NCBI RefSeq assembly: GCF_028641065.1 | Contig: NC_073395.1 | Location: forward strand, 3,410,001-3,474,000 | Origin: Leucoraja erinacea | Lineage: Eukaryota | DNA: 64,000 nucleotides | Direction of reading: 5' to 3' | Part shown: positions 45,070 through 58,360 of the stretch, piece by piece | Layout of the letters: each line of letters starts with the position of its first letter | How positions within the stretch are numbered: the first letter of the stretch is position 1 | Notes under the pieces: generated by a model | What the model was told of the DNA's origin: nothing | Database searches by the model: none | The model's input: only the letters and a program-made list of their open reading frames with translations | Position numbers and translations under genes: made by a program

Positions 45070-45875
45070 TAGTCACACAGTACTGAACCCGGCCCCTTCA
45101 CCCCCAACCTCCCCATGCTGACCAACATACCCCATCCACAGCACCGAAACAGGCCCTTCGGCCCAACCACCCCATGCCGACCAACATACCCCATCCACAG
45201 CACTGAAACAGGCCCTTCGGCCCAAACACCTCATGCTGACCAACATATCCCATCCACAACATGGCAAAGAGCCCATCGGCCCATAGAAACATAAATTAGG
45301 TGCACCAGGAGGCCATTCGGCCCTTCGAGCCAGCAACCGCCATTAACCTCCTCATGGCTGATCGTCCCACTATCAATAACCCGAAACAGTCCCTTCTCCC
45401 CCATACACCTCATGCTGACCAACTAGCCCACCCAGCACTGTCCATGCCCTTCGACCACCTCATGCTGACCCCATATCCCATCCACACAATACGGCAAAGG
45501 CCCTTCGGCCAGAACCACCCCATTGCAGACCAACATTCGGCCCTTCCCACCAGCACTGAAATTCATTGTGATTCGGCCCATCGTCCACCAATACCCGTGC
45601 CTGCCCCCTCCCCAATACGGCAAAAGGCCCTTAGACCCACTTATCCATACCGACCAACATATCCCATCCACAATACGGCAGAAGGCCCTTCTGCCCAACT
45701 TGTCCATACTGACCAACATAGTACATATCCCATCCATAGCACGGCAACAGGCCCTTCAGTCCAACTTGTTCATACCGACCAACATATTCCATCTACAGCA
45801 TGGCAACAGGTCCTTCGGCCCAACCACCCCTTACCGACCAACATAACCCATCCACAGTACTGAAACAAGCCCTTT
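45070..45875. repeat. Degenerate minisatellite of about 59-bp units built from a CR1/SINE 3' tail, directly upstream of the TULP3 island
   Basis: ccatccacagcacNgaaacaggcccttcggcccaaccaccccatgccgaccaacata repeated about 10 times, interrupted by a CR1 tail. Confidence 0.8.
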
Positions 45876-46756
45876 ACATAGAAACATAGAAAGTAGGTGC
45901 GAGAGTAGACCACCAGGTCCGTCGAGCCCGCACCGCCATTCGCTCATGGCTGAACACTAAACAGACACACTTACCCACAAACAGTAGACACAAGACACAG
46001 AAATTTGGCCCAACATATCCCATCGACGGCACAGAAACAAGCCCTTCAGCTCAACTTGCCCATGCCGGTCAACATGTCCCATCTACACTGGTTCTACCTG
46101 CCCACATTTGCCCCATTTCCCCTCTAAACCTGTCCTGCTCAAATGTCGTTATAGTACGTGCCTCGACTACCTCCTGTGAAGAAGGGTCTCGACCCGAAAC
46201 ATCACCTATTCCTTTTCTCCAGAGATGCTGCCTGACCCGCTGAGTTACCCCAGCATTTTGTGTCTATCTTCAGTTTAAAAACCAGCATCTGCAGTTCCTT
46301 CCTACACATACCCCCTCTCAGGCAGCCCGTTCCATATACCGGCCACCCTCTGTGTGGAAAATAGTTGCATCTCACATTTCTATTCTCAATGTTATATCTT
46401 GCACTAAATGCTGTACCCTTTACCTGTACGCTGTGGACAGCTTGTTTGTATTCTTGTCCTTCCTTTGGCCGGATAGCACATAAAAGCTTTTCACTGGTAC
46501 ACAAAAAAGCTGGATAAACTCAGCGGGTGCAGCAGCATCTATGGAGTGAAGGAAATAGGCAACGTTTCGGGCCGAAATGTTGCCTATTTCCTTCGCTCCA
46601 TAGATGCTGCTGCACCTGCTGAGTTTCTCCAGCTTTTTTGTGTACCTTCGATTTTCCAGCATCTGCAGTTCCTTCTTAAAAGCTTTTCATTGTATTTGAG
46701 TATATGTGACAATAATAAACTAAACTATTAAATCCCCCCCCCCCCCCACGTTAAAC

Positions 46757-46942
46757 CAGGGGTTCCCAACCTTTTTCATCACGTTTACCCCTGGCAACTT
46801 TTAATCGCACACAACAATGTTATTTCACTTATTTATGAACAACTAATGAAGAACAGACACCTCCAGAATCAACAAATTTACCCCTTGGGTAGGCAAAATT
46901 TACTCCCTGGGGGTAAATTTACCCCAGATTTCTGATCCCTTG
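46757..46942. mobile_element. hAT-like MITE
   Basis: 5' end caggggttcccaacctttt; internal palindrome aaatttactccctgggggtaaattt; degenerate 3' end. Confidence 0.55.
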
Positions 46943-49900
46943 CCTTAAACCTATGTCCTCTGATTCTTGATTCTCCTATTCTGGATAAAAGGACTATACA
47001 TTCACCCTATTCCCCTTATGATTTTATACACCACTACAGGATCACTCCTCAACCTCCTGCATTCCCAAGGAATAAAGTCCTCGCCTACTCAACCGCTCCC
47101 TATAGCTCAGACCCTCGAGTCCTGGCAACATCCTCAGAAATCTTCTTTGAAGGTCCTGATATCACCTCAAGAATGTTTGTCTGACAACAGAACAATCAAG
47201 TCCTTGCGTACAGCACCTCAACAACCTGCAAAGAAATTACACTTAGATGATTTATCATAAACAAAAAAAAATCATTAATTAATACGCGAGAACATTACTG
47301 AGTATGATACCATTGAATGTATAGACAATAGGAATGAATGAAGAGTTTGTTTTGTATATATATATATATTTTTGTTCCGTATAAAGCTTATTTTTGAAAA
47401 TGGAAATCAATGAACAACTCTAAAACAAGTGAAAAGAAAGTGCAACCAAGGTAGTTCATAGTTGGTGAGGATAGTGTTGTATACTGTTCAAGAGTCTGAT
47501 GGTTTTTGGGAAAAAGCTGTTCTTGAATCTGGTTGTCGCGGTTTTCCGACTCCTGTATCATCTTCCCAACGGTCTAGTCGAAATGAGAGAGTGGCCATGG
47601 TGTTGTGGGTCTTTGATAATGCTAATTGACTTTTTGAGGCAGTACTTCCTCTAGATCCCTTTGATGGTGGGGAGGTCAGTACCTGTGATGGACCGGGCAC
47701 CTCAGTTGCTCACACAGTCTTCAGCCGCAGGGCAGTAATGCACAGACTGTCTGACTGCTTTCTGGCCATCACATCAGATGAACATCACCCATCGAAAAAA
47801 CTGCCTTTTGATTTTCTGGTCTGGTTCTTACTGTTAAAATAACATTCCCTAATTTGCATTTCTTCATGAGAGAAAGAAATTAATTGGCATCTACCAACCT
47901 CATTTTGAGAACCACTATTCGATCACCTCTCGGCCAATCTTCAACGAAATGTAAAGATCAGAGATCCAAAACTCGACAACTCCTTTCAGACTCATGGTAT
48001 CAAACAGAAGAAAAACAAATCCTTTGGTCCATTGTTTCCATGCCAGCCATCAAAAACCTAGCTAAACTAATCCCAGTTCCAGCATTCAGCCCGTAGTTTT
48101 GTAAGTCATGGCATATGAAGTGCTCATGTAAAAATGTCTTCAATGCTGTGAGTTTACTTGCCTCTATTACTCCTTCAGGCAGTGTGTTCCAAATTTCAAC
48201 CTCTTTGGGTGAAAAAAGATCCCTCACCCTTATCTTAAACCTGTACCCTTTGGTCTTGGGGCACCTCTGCTAAGGGGGATTTTTTTTCTATATGTCCTCT
48301 ACACTTCTTGTACTAGTGTGCACCTCAATCAACCCCCACTCACCTCAGCTTGCTGTACTCCAAAGAAAACAACCCAGCCTACCCAGCTGAAACACCTCAA
48401 CCCAGAACCTTACTCATTGTAATCATATCCATCCTGTACTGTGGTGACCAGAACTGTACAGTTATAAACGTACCCCAACCTCCCTGCTCTTGTATTCTAT
48501 GTTCCGATTAGTTAGTGGAAGTCAGGAGACTTTTGGATTATGTGAAGGCGGGCAAGAGTGGGGGGTAGTAGTGGGGGGGGGGGGGGGGGAACAGGGTGGA
48601 GAAAGGGTGGGGGGGGGGGGTGTTGCCATTAATATTAGAAAATTCAATCATCATACCATTGGGTTGTGAGGTACCCAAGCCAAATACGAGGTGCAGTTCC
48701 TCCAGTTTGCTTGTGGCCTCATTGGACCTGTATTCGGAGAGCAATGATCGGCAAGACTGCAGATCAAATGCTGGAGGTGGCATTAGGTTGGGTAGTCTTT
48801 TTCTTCCAATCCACACCTAATAGACCAACAGCTTCCTTTTTATTGCAACCTCTATCATTTCAGTTACTTAATTTTCCTCAGCAAAATTAATGGAAAAAGT
48901 ATCAAGAATCTTTCATTTTTTTTTGCATAGAATCCAAAATTTTAAATCGCTGTGGAGGAACAGATTATATACTATCACCCCTCAGGATCCCAACAAGTCC
49001 CGTCAGCCTATAGCTCTACAGTTGCTGCTTTTCACGTTCTGATTTGGCATTTACTCGAGATAGCAGCCATGGAGTGGTCAGAATCCAGGATGACAAAATT
49101 CAAGTCAAGCAAGGTTTCAGAAACGCATGCACATCTGGACCAAATCATGTTCAATTTAGACAAAATTGTCAGGAAATCTGGCAACAGATTCAATTCACAG
49201 GTTTATTAAAATTCCGCTGCACCTCTTGTTCTTTACCCCCATTCGATTTTACTCAAATAACAATGAGAAGAAAGGCAACTAAAAAACATTTCAATATCCT
49301 ATTAAAAATTTAGGGATAAAGTGTGGTTAAAAGTGTTGTCATTACTTTTTCTGAATATCACTTAAAAGGGAAATATTCTTCATAATGTTATGCTTTAATT
49401 TCTGCAATTTTATTTCATTTTGCTGCACATTTGAGTCAAGGAATGTAGGAAAAGTACGTATTCACACAGAAATGTAAAAGTGGCAACTGTTGCCCTAATT
49501 AAATACACAAGGCAATAACTGACATCTTTCCACTTCTCACACCAACAGCCTTCAAATCGTAACTTTACTTCCAGATTTCAAGCAGTTTTATGACAAGATC
49601 TATACTCCATGAGAATCAATTTGGAACTGAATAAACCCTTGATATAGGACTCTTTTAGATTGCAGTCCAAACTTTCTATTCTTCCAACAATCTGGAACAA
49701 AAGCTAAACACCCTTAGTTTGACAGCCCGATGATCCTTTAACACAGGTCACTGATCAAGTCTCGCAACACCACAATACTGTGGGTGTTAGCGGACAATAA
49801 TGTCCTGGCACCAATCTGAACACACACTTCAGGCATTTAAAGTGAATCTGGCAGAAACTGTCTTGATATTCGGGATGCAAATACTGTAGTTTAAATTTTT

Positions 49901-49950
49901 AGACTCAAAGAAAATGGCTTGGATAAGCCACATTGCAATGTTCATGGTTA

Positions 49951-50138
49951 AGAAAGAACTGCAGATGCTGGAAAAATCGATGCTAGACAAAAATGCTGGA
50001 GAATCTCAGCGGGTGAGGCAGCATCTATGGAGCGAAGGAAATAGGTGACGTTTCGGGTCTTGACCCGAAACGTCACCTATTCCTTCGCCCCATAGATGCT
50101 GCCTCACCCGTTGAGTTTCTCCAGCATTTTTGTCTACC
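49951..50138. mobile_element. Penelope-type hairpin insertion with 17-bp TSD just downstream of the RHNO1 stop
   Basis: TSD tgcaatgttcatggtta at 49934-49950 and 50139-50155; about 75-bp inverted arms centred on 50060/50061. Confidence 0.85.
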
Positions 50139-50278
50139 TGCAATGTTCATGGTTATCGCTTAAAGGGCAATGCTGTTATTTATTCTTACCTACACCAAAA
50201 TCCAGGTAAACTGACAATCACAATATCAATGGTGACGTTTAAAAGCATAGATTACAATCTTCATAACAAAACGCAAGT

Positions 50279-52663
50279 TCAAGAGCCAACAAACACATCA
50301 GTGGTGTTCAATTTTCCGTGATCCATCAAGTACTGCATGATATGTGGTCGCCTTTGCCAAGTCCTTTTGCGACCATATTCACGTTCTGGCGTGTCCTGGA
50401 CCAAAACATCTTCAGAAAAGTCATCCTTTCGACCAGAACTCTTGTCTAAGCAGTCGAACAGTCCAGGAGGTGCTTTGTGTTTATTCAATCCACTACTTCT
50501 TAATCTACTGCAAATATTTTTCTTGAAGATGGCTGGCGAGGATAAGCCACCAACAGTGGGAGTGCTAACTTGTGGCAGGGTAAATGCCTCATCGATTGAG
50601 CGAGAGAGGTTCTCCGAGAAAGAGATCTCCGTTTCGTCCGAGTCCGCATCCGCCTGATCGTTGATATCATTCATCGGAGGGCAGAGCCTAGAGATCTTCT
50701 CCGCTGTATTTCGAACTGTACTTTTGCCAACCAAGCGTCGCTTTGCTGCAAATCTTTCTCTGCATTTCTGCTTGTCCAATGTCTCTGAATTCTGAGCTTT
50801 GCCAAAAGTGTCAACTCCACATCCTCGTTTGTCACTTCCCGCGAGAGAGGATTTATTTGCTTGGAATATGGCTTGTCCACGGTTTGGAATATGCTGACTG
50901 GTGTTAAGCCGAACATTGCGGTTCTCCTTCTGAACAGGTATCCCTCCACTGCCCACGAAGGTCAAAGGGACAAAGTTCACCTGCAGTTTTTTCACAGACC
51001 CTGTTTTAGATGGAGCGCGCGGTTTGTTGTAGCTGCAACGTTGTTTTGCTCCATCAGATTTTTGTTCTCGTCTTGATCCTCGAGCCGTTGTGGTCTGAAA
51101 CTCTGACAACACCTGCATGGTGACGAGAGGAAGAAGCATAACTCATATCAGTTCTAAATATCCAAATAGTTTTTACTTTCCATCCTTGCAACCGTGCCAC
51201 AATTTACATGGCTGCCAATCAATAATGCACAGTAACACAGCTGGTGGAGTTGGTGCCTCGCAGCGCCAGAGACCTGGGTTCGATCCTGACCTTAGGAGCT
51301 GCCTGTGTGGATTCTGCACGTTCCCCCTGTGACTGTGGGTTTCGCCCGGGTGCTCCGGGTTCCTACATTCCAAAGACGTGTAGGGTTTGCAGGTTAATCA
51401 ATAGACAATAGGTGCAGGAATAGGCCATTTGGCCCTTCGAGACAGCACTGCTGATCATCACCAATCAGTACCCCATTCCTGCCTTCTCCCCATATCCCCT
51501 GACTCTAGCTCTCTTGAAAGCATCCAGAGACCCTGCCTCCACTACCCTCTTACATAGAAACATAGAAATTAGGTGCAGGAGTAGGCCATTCGGCCCTTCG
51601 AGCCTGCAACGCCATTCAATATGATTATGGCTGATCATCCAGTATCCCGTACTCAGTATCTTGAGGCGGAGAATTCCACACTCACCACCCTCTGTGAGAA
51701 AAAGCGGTTTCCTCGTCTCCGTTCTAAATGGCATACTCCTTATTTTTAAACTGTGGCCCCTGGTTCTGGACTCCCCCAACATCGGGAACATGTTCCCTGC
51801 CTCTAGTGTGTCTAAGCCCTTACCAATCTTATATATTTCAATGAGATATCCTCTCATCCTTCTAAACTCAGTGTACAAGCCCAGCTGCTCCATTCTCTCA
51901 GCATTTGACAGTCCCGTCATATGATGGCCTCTGTACATTGCACCCTGGTGTGTAGGGAGTGGATGAGAAAGTGGGATGACATAGAACTATTGTGAACATG
52001 TGGTCGATGTGGACTAAGGTAGGCCAAAGGGCCTGATTCCATGCTGTATCTCTAAATACATAAATACAAATAATGATCACTGAATAACTCAGTTTCATTT
52101 TCATCCAAAATGAATTTGCTCCCGGAAAAACGTCTTTTGAAATACTCCTCACAATGAATTGTCAAAAGCAGGCACTTTGCAACATGTATGTTGGAGGTGT
52201 GGGTGGTGGGATTGATGGAAGTTGTCCCAATGCAAGTCAAACCAACAATATTTTAACTGGAAAAACGAGGCAATTTCGAATTATGTAGTAGATAGACACT
52301 AAAAGCTGGAGTAACTCAGCGAGTCAGACAGCATCTCTGGAGAAAAGGAATCGGTGGCGTTTTGGGTCAAGACCCTTCTTCAATCTCAGTCCAAAACGTC
52401 ACCAATTCCTTTTCACCAGAGATGCTGTCCGACCCGCTGAGTTACTCCAGCTTTTTGTGTATAAAGCATCTGCAGTTCCTTCATACAAAAAAACATACCC
52501 ATGCGTGCGCAGATATCTGGTCAACAGGTATACAGGAAACTTGCCGAGGGATTGTTGTAGATGGTACAGACAGGACTTGCTTGTACTGTTCCCTCTTCAG
52601 TGGGCTCTCCACAAACAGCAGGGGTGGCTTCTTGGATCTGATAGTTTTCTTTTTGCGGGGCAT
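50279..52663 (-). CDS. RHNO1: RAD9-HUS1-RAD1-interacting nuclear orphan protein 1 (RHINO); join 52663-52499 and 51112-50279; 332 aa
   Basis: N-terminus MPRKKK..KPPLLFVESP...PVDQISAHAW|VLSEF and C-terminus VLVQDTPEREYGRKRTWQRRPHIMQYLMDHGKL match the conserved RHINO blocks; TGG|gtatgt and catgcag| junctions are phase 0; lies head-to-head with FOXM1. Confidence 0.9.
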
Positions 52664-53835
52664 CAAGATCCCAGCATCTTGGTCTTGATAATAAAAGAAA
52701 GGACATTTTTTCAAAATGTAACAACAAACTGTTTCCTGTCATAGTTTATCATGTTAATTAGCTGAACAATATCAATAAAGATGACACCAAGATTGTTAGT
52801 TTAGTTTAGAGATAAAGCACGGAAATAAGTCCTTCGGCCCACTGAGTCAACCGATCACCCAGTTTTATGTGATCTCACTGACGTAGACCTTTCACATCCA
52901 CTGCGGCAATTTACAAAGAGCAATTAGCCAACAAACCTGCAGATCTTTGTGTTTAAGAAGGATGCTGGAAAATCGAAGGTAGACAAAAGTGCTGGAAAAA
53001 CTCAGCGGTGCAGCAGCATCTATGGAGCGAAGGAAATAGGCAACATTTCGGGCCGAAACCCTGAAGGAAATAGGCAACGTTTATGGGCAAACGTTGCCTA
53101 TTTCCTTCACTTCATAGATGCTGCTGCACCCGCTGAGTTTCCCCAGCACTTTTGTCTACCTGCAGATCTTTGTGGTGTGGGAGGAAACCAGAGTACCCAG
53201 AGGAAACCCACATAGTCACAGGGAGAAGGTGCAAACTCCACACAGACAGCACCAGAGGTCAGCCGGATCTACAACTCTACCAGCTGCACCACTGTTCTGC
53301 GTTTCCCTGTCATTTTTATATTCCAACTAATGGTGAAACTAATATCTTCGGGAGGAATCGTTTGCAAAGTCGACTCGATCATGTCATTTTCCTGTCTTGG
53401 AAATTAAGCCAAGCATACAATTAGATGAGAACAGAATTATTGAGCATCTACTGACCTGCTGAGTTATTCCAGCACTTTGTGTCTTTTAAGTAAACCGGCT
53501 CCTACAGGTCCTTGTGTCTAACTGCCTACCAAATTGTATTAAGGTAGATGTCAAATATTTTGCTTTATCCACAAGCCAATGCAGAGGTAGTATTTTATTA
53601 GACACAAAAAGGAGAATCCCGTAAATAGCAACACAATGCATAATTAAATGGTGTAAGATGGAACTGCAGATGCCGGTTTACACCAAAGGTAGACACAAAG
53701 TGCTGGAGTAACTCAGCAGGACAGGCAGTATCCCTGGAGAGAAGGAATGGGCAATGTTTTGGGTTGAGACCTTTCTTCATAATTAAATGGTGTTTATGTA
53801 GACAGGACTGTAAACCAGGATAAAGGAAGACTTAC

Positions 53836-53867
53836 CTGCTATTCTGCAAACTCAGCTATGGGATTAC
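53836..53867 (-). other. RHNO1: Probable 32-nt non-coding 5'UTR microexon of RHNO1
   Basis: tttgccttttcag|GTAATCCCATAGCTGAGTTTGCAGAATAGCAG|gtaagt, strong sites on both sides in unique sequence between the promoter and the first coding exon. Confidence 0.55.
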
Positions 53868-55909
53868 CTGAAAAGGCAAAATAACAATTGTTTTAACTTT
53901 CAATCCACACCTTCAAAATCAGACAAAAGCAAATCAACAATGAGTTACAAATGACTGCATTGATGGATAAAACTATAAAATTAAAAGATAATTCTAATTT
54001 GACTGCAATAGCAGAAGGAAAATAAGGTACTGGGCTATGTCAGTAGATAGAAAAATAAAACATTTGATTAATTAACACCAATACAAATGTTATTTTAGTT
54101 TTTGATTGTTCATTTTGGGTAAGGAATATTTTTTATTTATTAATTTTACAGGATCTGACTCAGGCAGGGCCAGCATTTATTGCTCGTCCTTAAGTGCCCT
54201 TCGGAAGATGGCGGTGAGCCACTTGAATTGCTGTCATCATTTTGGTAAAGGTACTCGCACAGTACCGTCGAGGAGAAGATTCCAGAGGTTAGACCCAGTG
54301 ATGGAACTGTGATACATCTCCAGGTTAGTGTTTGGCAATGTAGTTACTGTATTTTAGACAAATAACGGCAGTGCCTTTTGGTGAAGGGATCAACATTTAG
54401 AATCTAAAGTAACTAAGTAAAGTGGGTTTTACCAAGTGAAGTTTTCAGGTAAGACTGAAAGAATTGACAATTATTCACACTGAAAATAAACATAATAGCT
54501 TTCAGTGTGTCTGAATTTAACAATAAGTAAGATATACGATTGGGCAGCACAGTGGTGCAGAGTGTGAAGCTGCTGCCTCACAGCGCAAGAGACTCGGGTC
54601 CAATCCTGACCTCTGGTGCTGTCTGTGTGTGGAGTTTGCACACTCTCCCTGTGACGGTGGGGGTTTCCTCCGGGTACTTCGAATTCCTCCCACATCCCAA
54701 AGACATGCGCATGCAGGTTTGTAGCTTAATTGGCCTCGGTGAAATTGTCCCTAGTGTGTAGGGAGTGGATGCGAAAGTGGGATAACATAGAACTAGGTGA
54801 TCAATGGTTGATGTGGACTTGGTGGGTCCAAACTTTCAATTCTATTCAATAACTCTATTTACAATCTACCCTATCTATGTATCTAATCATTTTACATATC
54901 GTTGAGGAAGCGAACAATATTCAAGAAATATTTTGATGAACATTTGAAATATAACAGAGATGCCTACAAATTACATATTGCAAACTAGGATTAGTATGTT
55001 CAACTTGACCATTCAGTTCCAGACCTCAGTCTTGACCTGTTTGACTCAATGATTTTTCCACCTGCATTGAAATGAAGGACAAAAACGGTAACCAAGAAGT
55101 TCAATGGAATGTGGACCCTTATTCTGAAATATCTCAAGAGGGGATAGGATTTAAAAGCAAGCATGTGATGTTTCAGATATACAAAATACAATTGAGGCAC
55201 AATCTAAACTAGATTTATGGGCACCTCAGAATAAAAACGATGGGCTTTTAGAAGATAATAACAGCACACATTCATCAAAACACAGAGTTTGAGTTAAATT
55301 ATGAAAATTGGCTACAAAAGTCGATTTATTTTCTCCAGACCTTGGAAAATTGAGAATAGTCTGAGGTGTTTTCTGGAGAGGTAGGACAACTACTTGATAT
55401 GCGCCATAATCAACCTCTCAAAGCACTTCATCACCACAGACGTTAGTGCCACTGGTCGATAGTCATTGACGCACGTCACCTTACTTGGTGACGCGTCTTC
55501 AGACCGGGTCTTCTTCAGAAGGGTCTCGACCCGATACGTCACCCATTCCTTCTGTACAGAGATGCTGCCTGAACTGCCGAGTTACTCTAGCATTGTGTGT
55601 CTATTCTTGATTTCCTTACTCTAGGTTTAAAAAAATCTCTGTACATTCACCGTATCTAATCCTCTCATTATTTTATAACCCCAAGGCTTGCTGTGGTCCA
55701 ATAAAGTCCTAGATAGACACAAAATGCTGGAGTAACTCAGCGGGACATGCAGCATCTCTGTCCAGCATTTTGTGTCGCTATCTTCGGTGTAAACCAGCAT
55801 TTGCAGTTTCTACCCACTCGTCCTAGCCTGCCCTGCCTCTCCCTACAGCTCAGAGGCCCATGACTCCTGGCTACATCCTAGTTACTCTTACCAGTTTATT
55901 GACATCCTT

Positions 55910-56950
55910 CCTGACAGGAAGACAACACAAGTAGTAAGGATTAACGGGTCCCTTTCAGAATGGCAGGCAGTGACTAGTGGGGTACTGCAAGAACCGGTGC
56001 TGGGACTGCAGCTATTTACAATATACATTAATGATTTAGATGAAGGGATTAAAAGTAACGTTAATAAATTTGCAGATGACACAAAGCTGGGTGGAAGTAT
56101 GAAGGATGCTATGAGGATGCAGGGTGACTTGGACAGGTTGGCGAGTGGGCAGATGCATGGCAGATGCAGTTAATGTGGATAAATGTGAGGTTATCCACTT
56201 TGGTGGCCAGAACAGGGAGGCAGATTATTATCTGAATGGTGTCAATTTGGGAAAAGGGGAAGTACAATGAGATCTGGGTGTCCTTGGCCATCAGTCACTG
56301 AAAGTAAGCATGCATGTACAGCAGGCAGTGAAGAAAGCTAATGGCATGTTGGCCTTCATAACAAGAGGAGTTGAGTATAGGAGCAAAGAGGTCCTTCAGC
56401 AGTTGTACAGGGCCCTAGTGAAACCACATTGGAGTATTATGTGCAGTTTTGGTCTCAAAAATTGAGGAAGGACATTCCTGCTATTGAGGGAGTGCAGCGT
56501 AGGTTCACGAGGTTAATTCTCGAGATGGCGGGACTGTCTTATGTTGAAAGAAAGGAGCGACTGGGCTTGTATACACTGGAATTTAGAAGGATGAGAGGGT
56601 ATCTTATTGAAACATAAAAGATTATTAAGGGATTGGACACGATAGAGACAGGAAAAATGTTCCCGGTGTTGCGGGAGTCCAGAACCAGTGGTCACGGATT
56701 AAGAATAAGGCCATTTAGAACGGAGATGAGGAAAAACCTTTTCACCCAGAGAGTGGTGATTCTGTGGAATTCTCTGGATATATTTTCAAGAGAGAGTTTG
56801 ATAGAGCTCTTAAAGATAGAAGAGTCAAGGGATATGGGGAGTAGGCAGGAACAGGGTACTACTGATTGTGGATGGTCAGCCATGATCACACTGAATGGTG
56901 GTGCTGGCTCGAAGGGCCGAATGGCCTACTCCTGCTCCTATTGTCTATGT
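55910..56950 (+). mobile_element. CR1 LINE 3' fragment including the RT core
   Basis: TSGVLQEPVLGLQLFTIYINDLD...KFADDTKLG (degenerate GVPQGSVLGP/FADD) through to the CR1 tail; other CR1 3' ends at about 32525-32825, 36905-37205, 51400-51920, 61280-61680, 62300-62765. Confidence 0.92.
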
Positions 56951-57179
56951 ATCTATCAAATATCTTTGGTATCTATGTACAATAATGAAGGGTCGTAACC
57001 CGAAACGTCACCCATTCCTCCTCCCCAGAGATGCTGCCTGTCCCGCTGAGTTACTCCAGCATTTTGTGTATCTTCGGTTTAAACCAGCATCTGCAGTTCT
57101 TTCCCACACAATGGTCAGCCTTTGTCCTTGCTGGGGGAATGCGTTTCCCCAACACACACCTTTGCATTGAGTGTAGATT

Positions 57180-58360
57180 GTTGGCTTGAGGAGGGTGGGT
57201 GTCCAGTGCTGTGCCGTGTTGGGGCCGGCAGCATGCCCACTGCCCTGGGTTGGTTTGGTGCCCGGGGTTGGTGGTGCTGCGGTGCCTACCGGTCGGCGGT
57301 GCCCAATACCTGGTGGCCGGTATTGGGAAATCGGTACCTACTGCAAGGATAGTCAGTTCCCCGCTGCCGGTTCTGGCCCCAGCGGTGCCCGGGGTCCCGG
57401 TGCCCGGGGTGGCGGTGCTGTGGGTCTCTTTGGGTGGCGGTGCCGGTGCCGGGCAAAGATCCTATAGCAGAGGTGCCGGGCTGGCCTGAGGTGCAACACT
57501 GAGACCCCGGGCCGGGCCGCTCCCATTGGGCGCCAGTCTGTTACATGTGAGCCGCTCGCCCATTGGCCGCCCGCACCCACCTGACCCGCCCGCAGCCGCA
57601 TCATTGGTCTAGAGGCACAGAACGCTACAAATTCAAACAACATCTAACCGCTGACAAACTGTAGCAAGCGGCCGCCCGGCAGCGGCAACAACAGCGGTAG
57701 CGGCAGGAGCAGCAGTGTATGGGTGGGTGGGCACAGTAGTGGTGGCAGCAGAGGGCGGTGGATACAGGATCAGTGGTGGCAATAGCTGCAGCGCTACGAG
57801 GGTCAGGGGCAAAGGGCAGGGGCACAGAGGGAGCGGCGCGGAGACAGACACAGCGGCTCTCGAAGGGGCAGCAGGGACACTGGGACAGCAGGGCTGGGAA
57901 CACAGGCTCAGTGGTGGCGGCAGCGGTGTTGGAAGGGCCGGGGACACAGAGGTAGGAGGGCCAGGACACATTGGCAGCCGCAGAAAGCGGCAGTGTCCCC
58001 GGGAGACTGACACAGCAGTAGCAGCGGCCGGCGTGGGGGAGTCTCGGACAGAGAGGCGGCCCAGGGGCGGAAGACATCCACAGCGCGGGAGTTGAGGACA
58101 TTCGGGCTGGGACGCCGCCGTGCCCGGGTGGTGCTCTCGGTCGGGCGGGCTGGGCTCGTCCCGCTTTGAACTCGCTACAATGCAGGTGAGGCGACATAGA
58201 GCGGCCCAGGCCGCCTCACGTTATCTGCTACAGTGTGGAACAAACCCACAATGGCCCAGGGTTCCAGAGTGTCCCCGCTTCCTCTCTGCTCTACCCCCGC
58301 TCCCAGGCTGATATAAGCCCCTCCAGTTGGTCTGGAGCAAGCTGCCCGGCGGTGTCAGGA
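57180..58360. promoter_or_regulatory. Bidirectional CpG-island promoter of RHNO1 (-) and FOXM1 (+)
   Basis: Three inverted CCAAT boxes (57525, 57562, 57603), CHR TTCAAA 57632-57637, MYB-type TAACCG 57645-57650, second TTTGAA 58165-58170, candidate FOXM1 exon-1 donor CAG|gtgagg at 58185. Confidence 0.85.

Noticed and set aside
57625-58197. 190-aa and other ORFs across the CpG islands (also 44716-45054 and 11337-12011)
   Set aside because: Stop-poor GC-rich sequence with no recognisable protein motifs; explained by promoter/UTR or repeat
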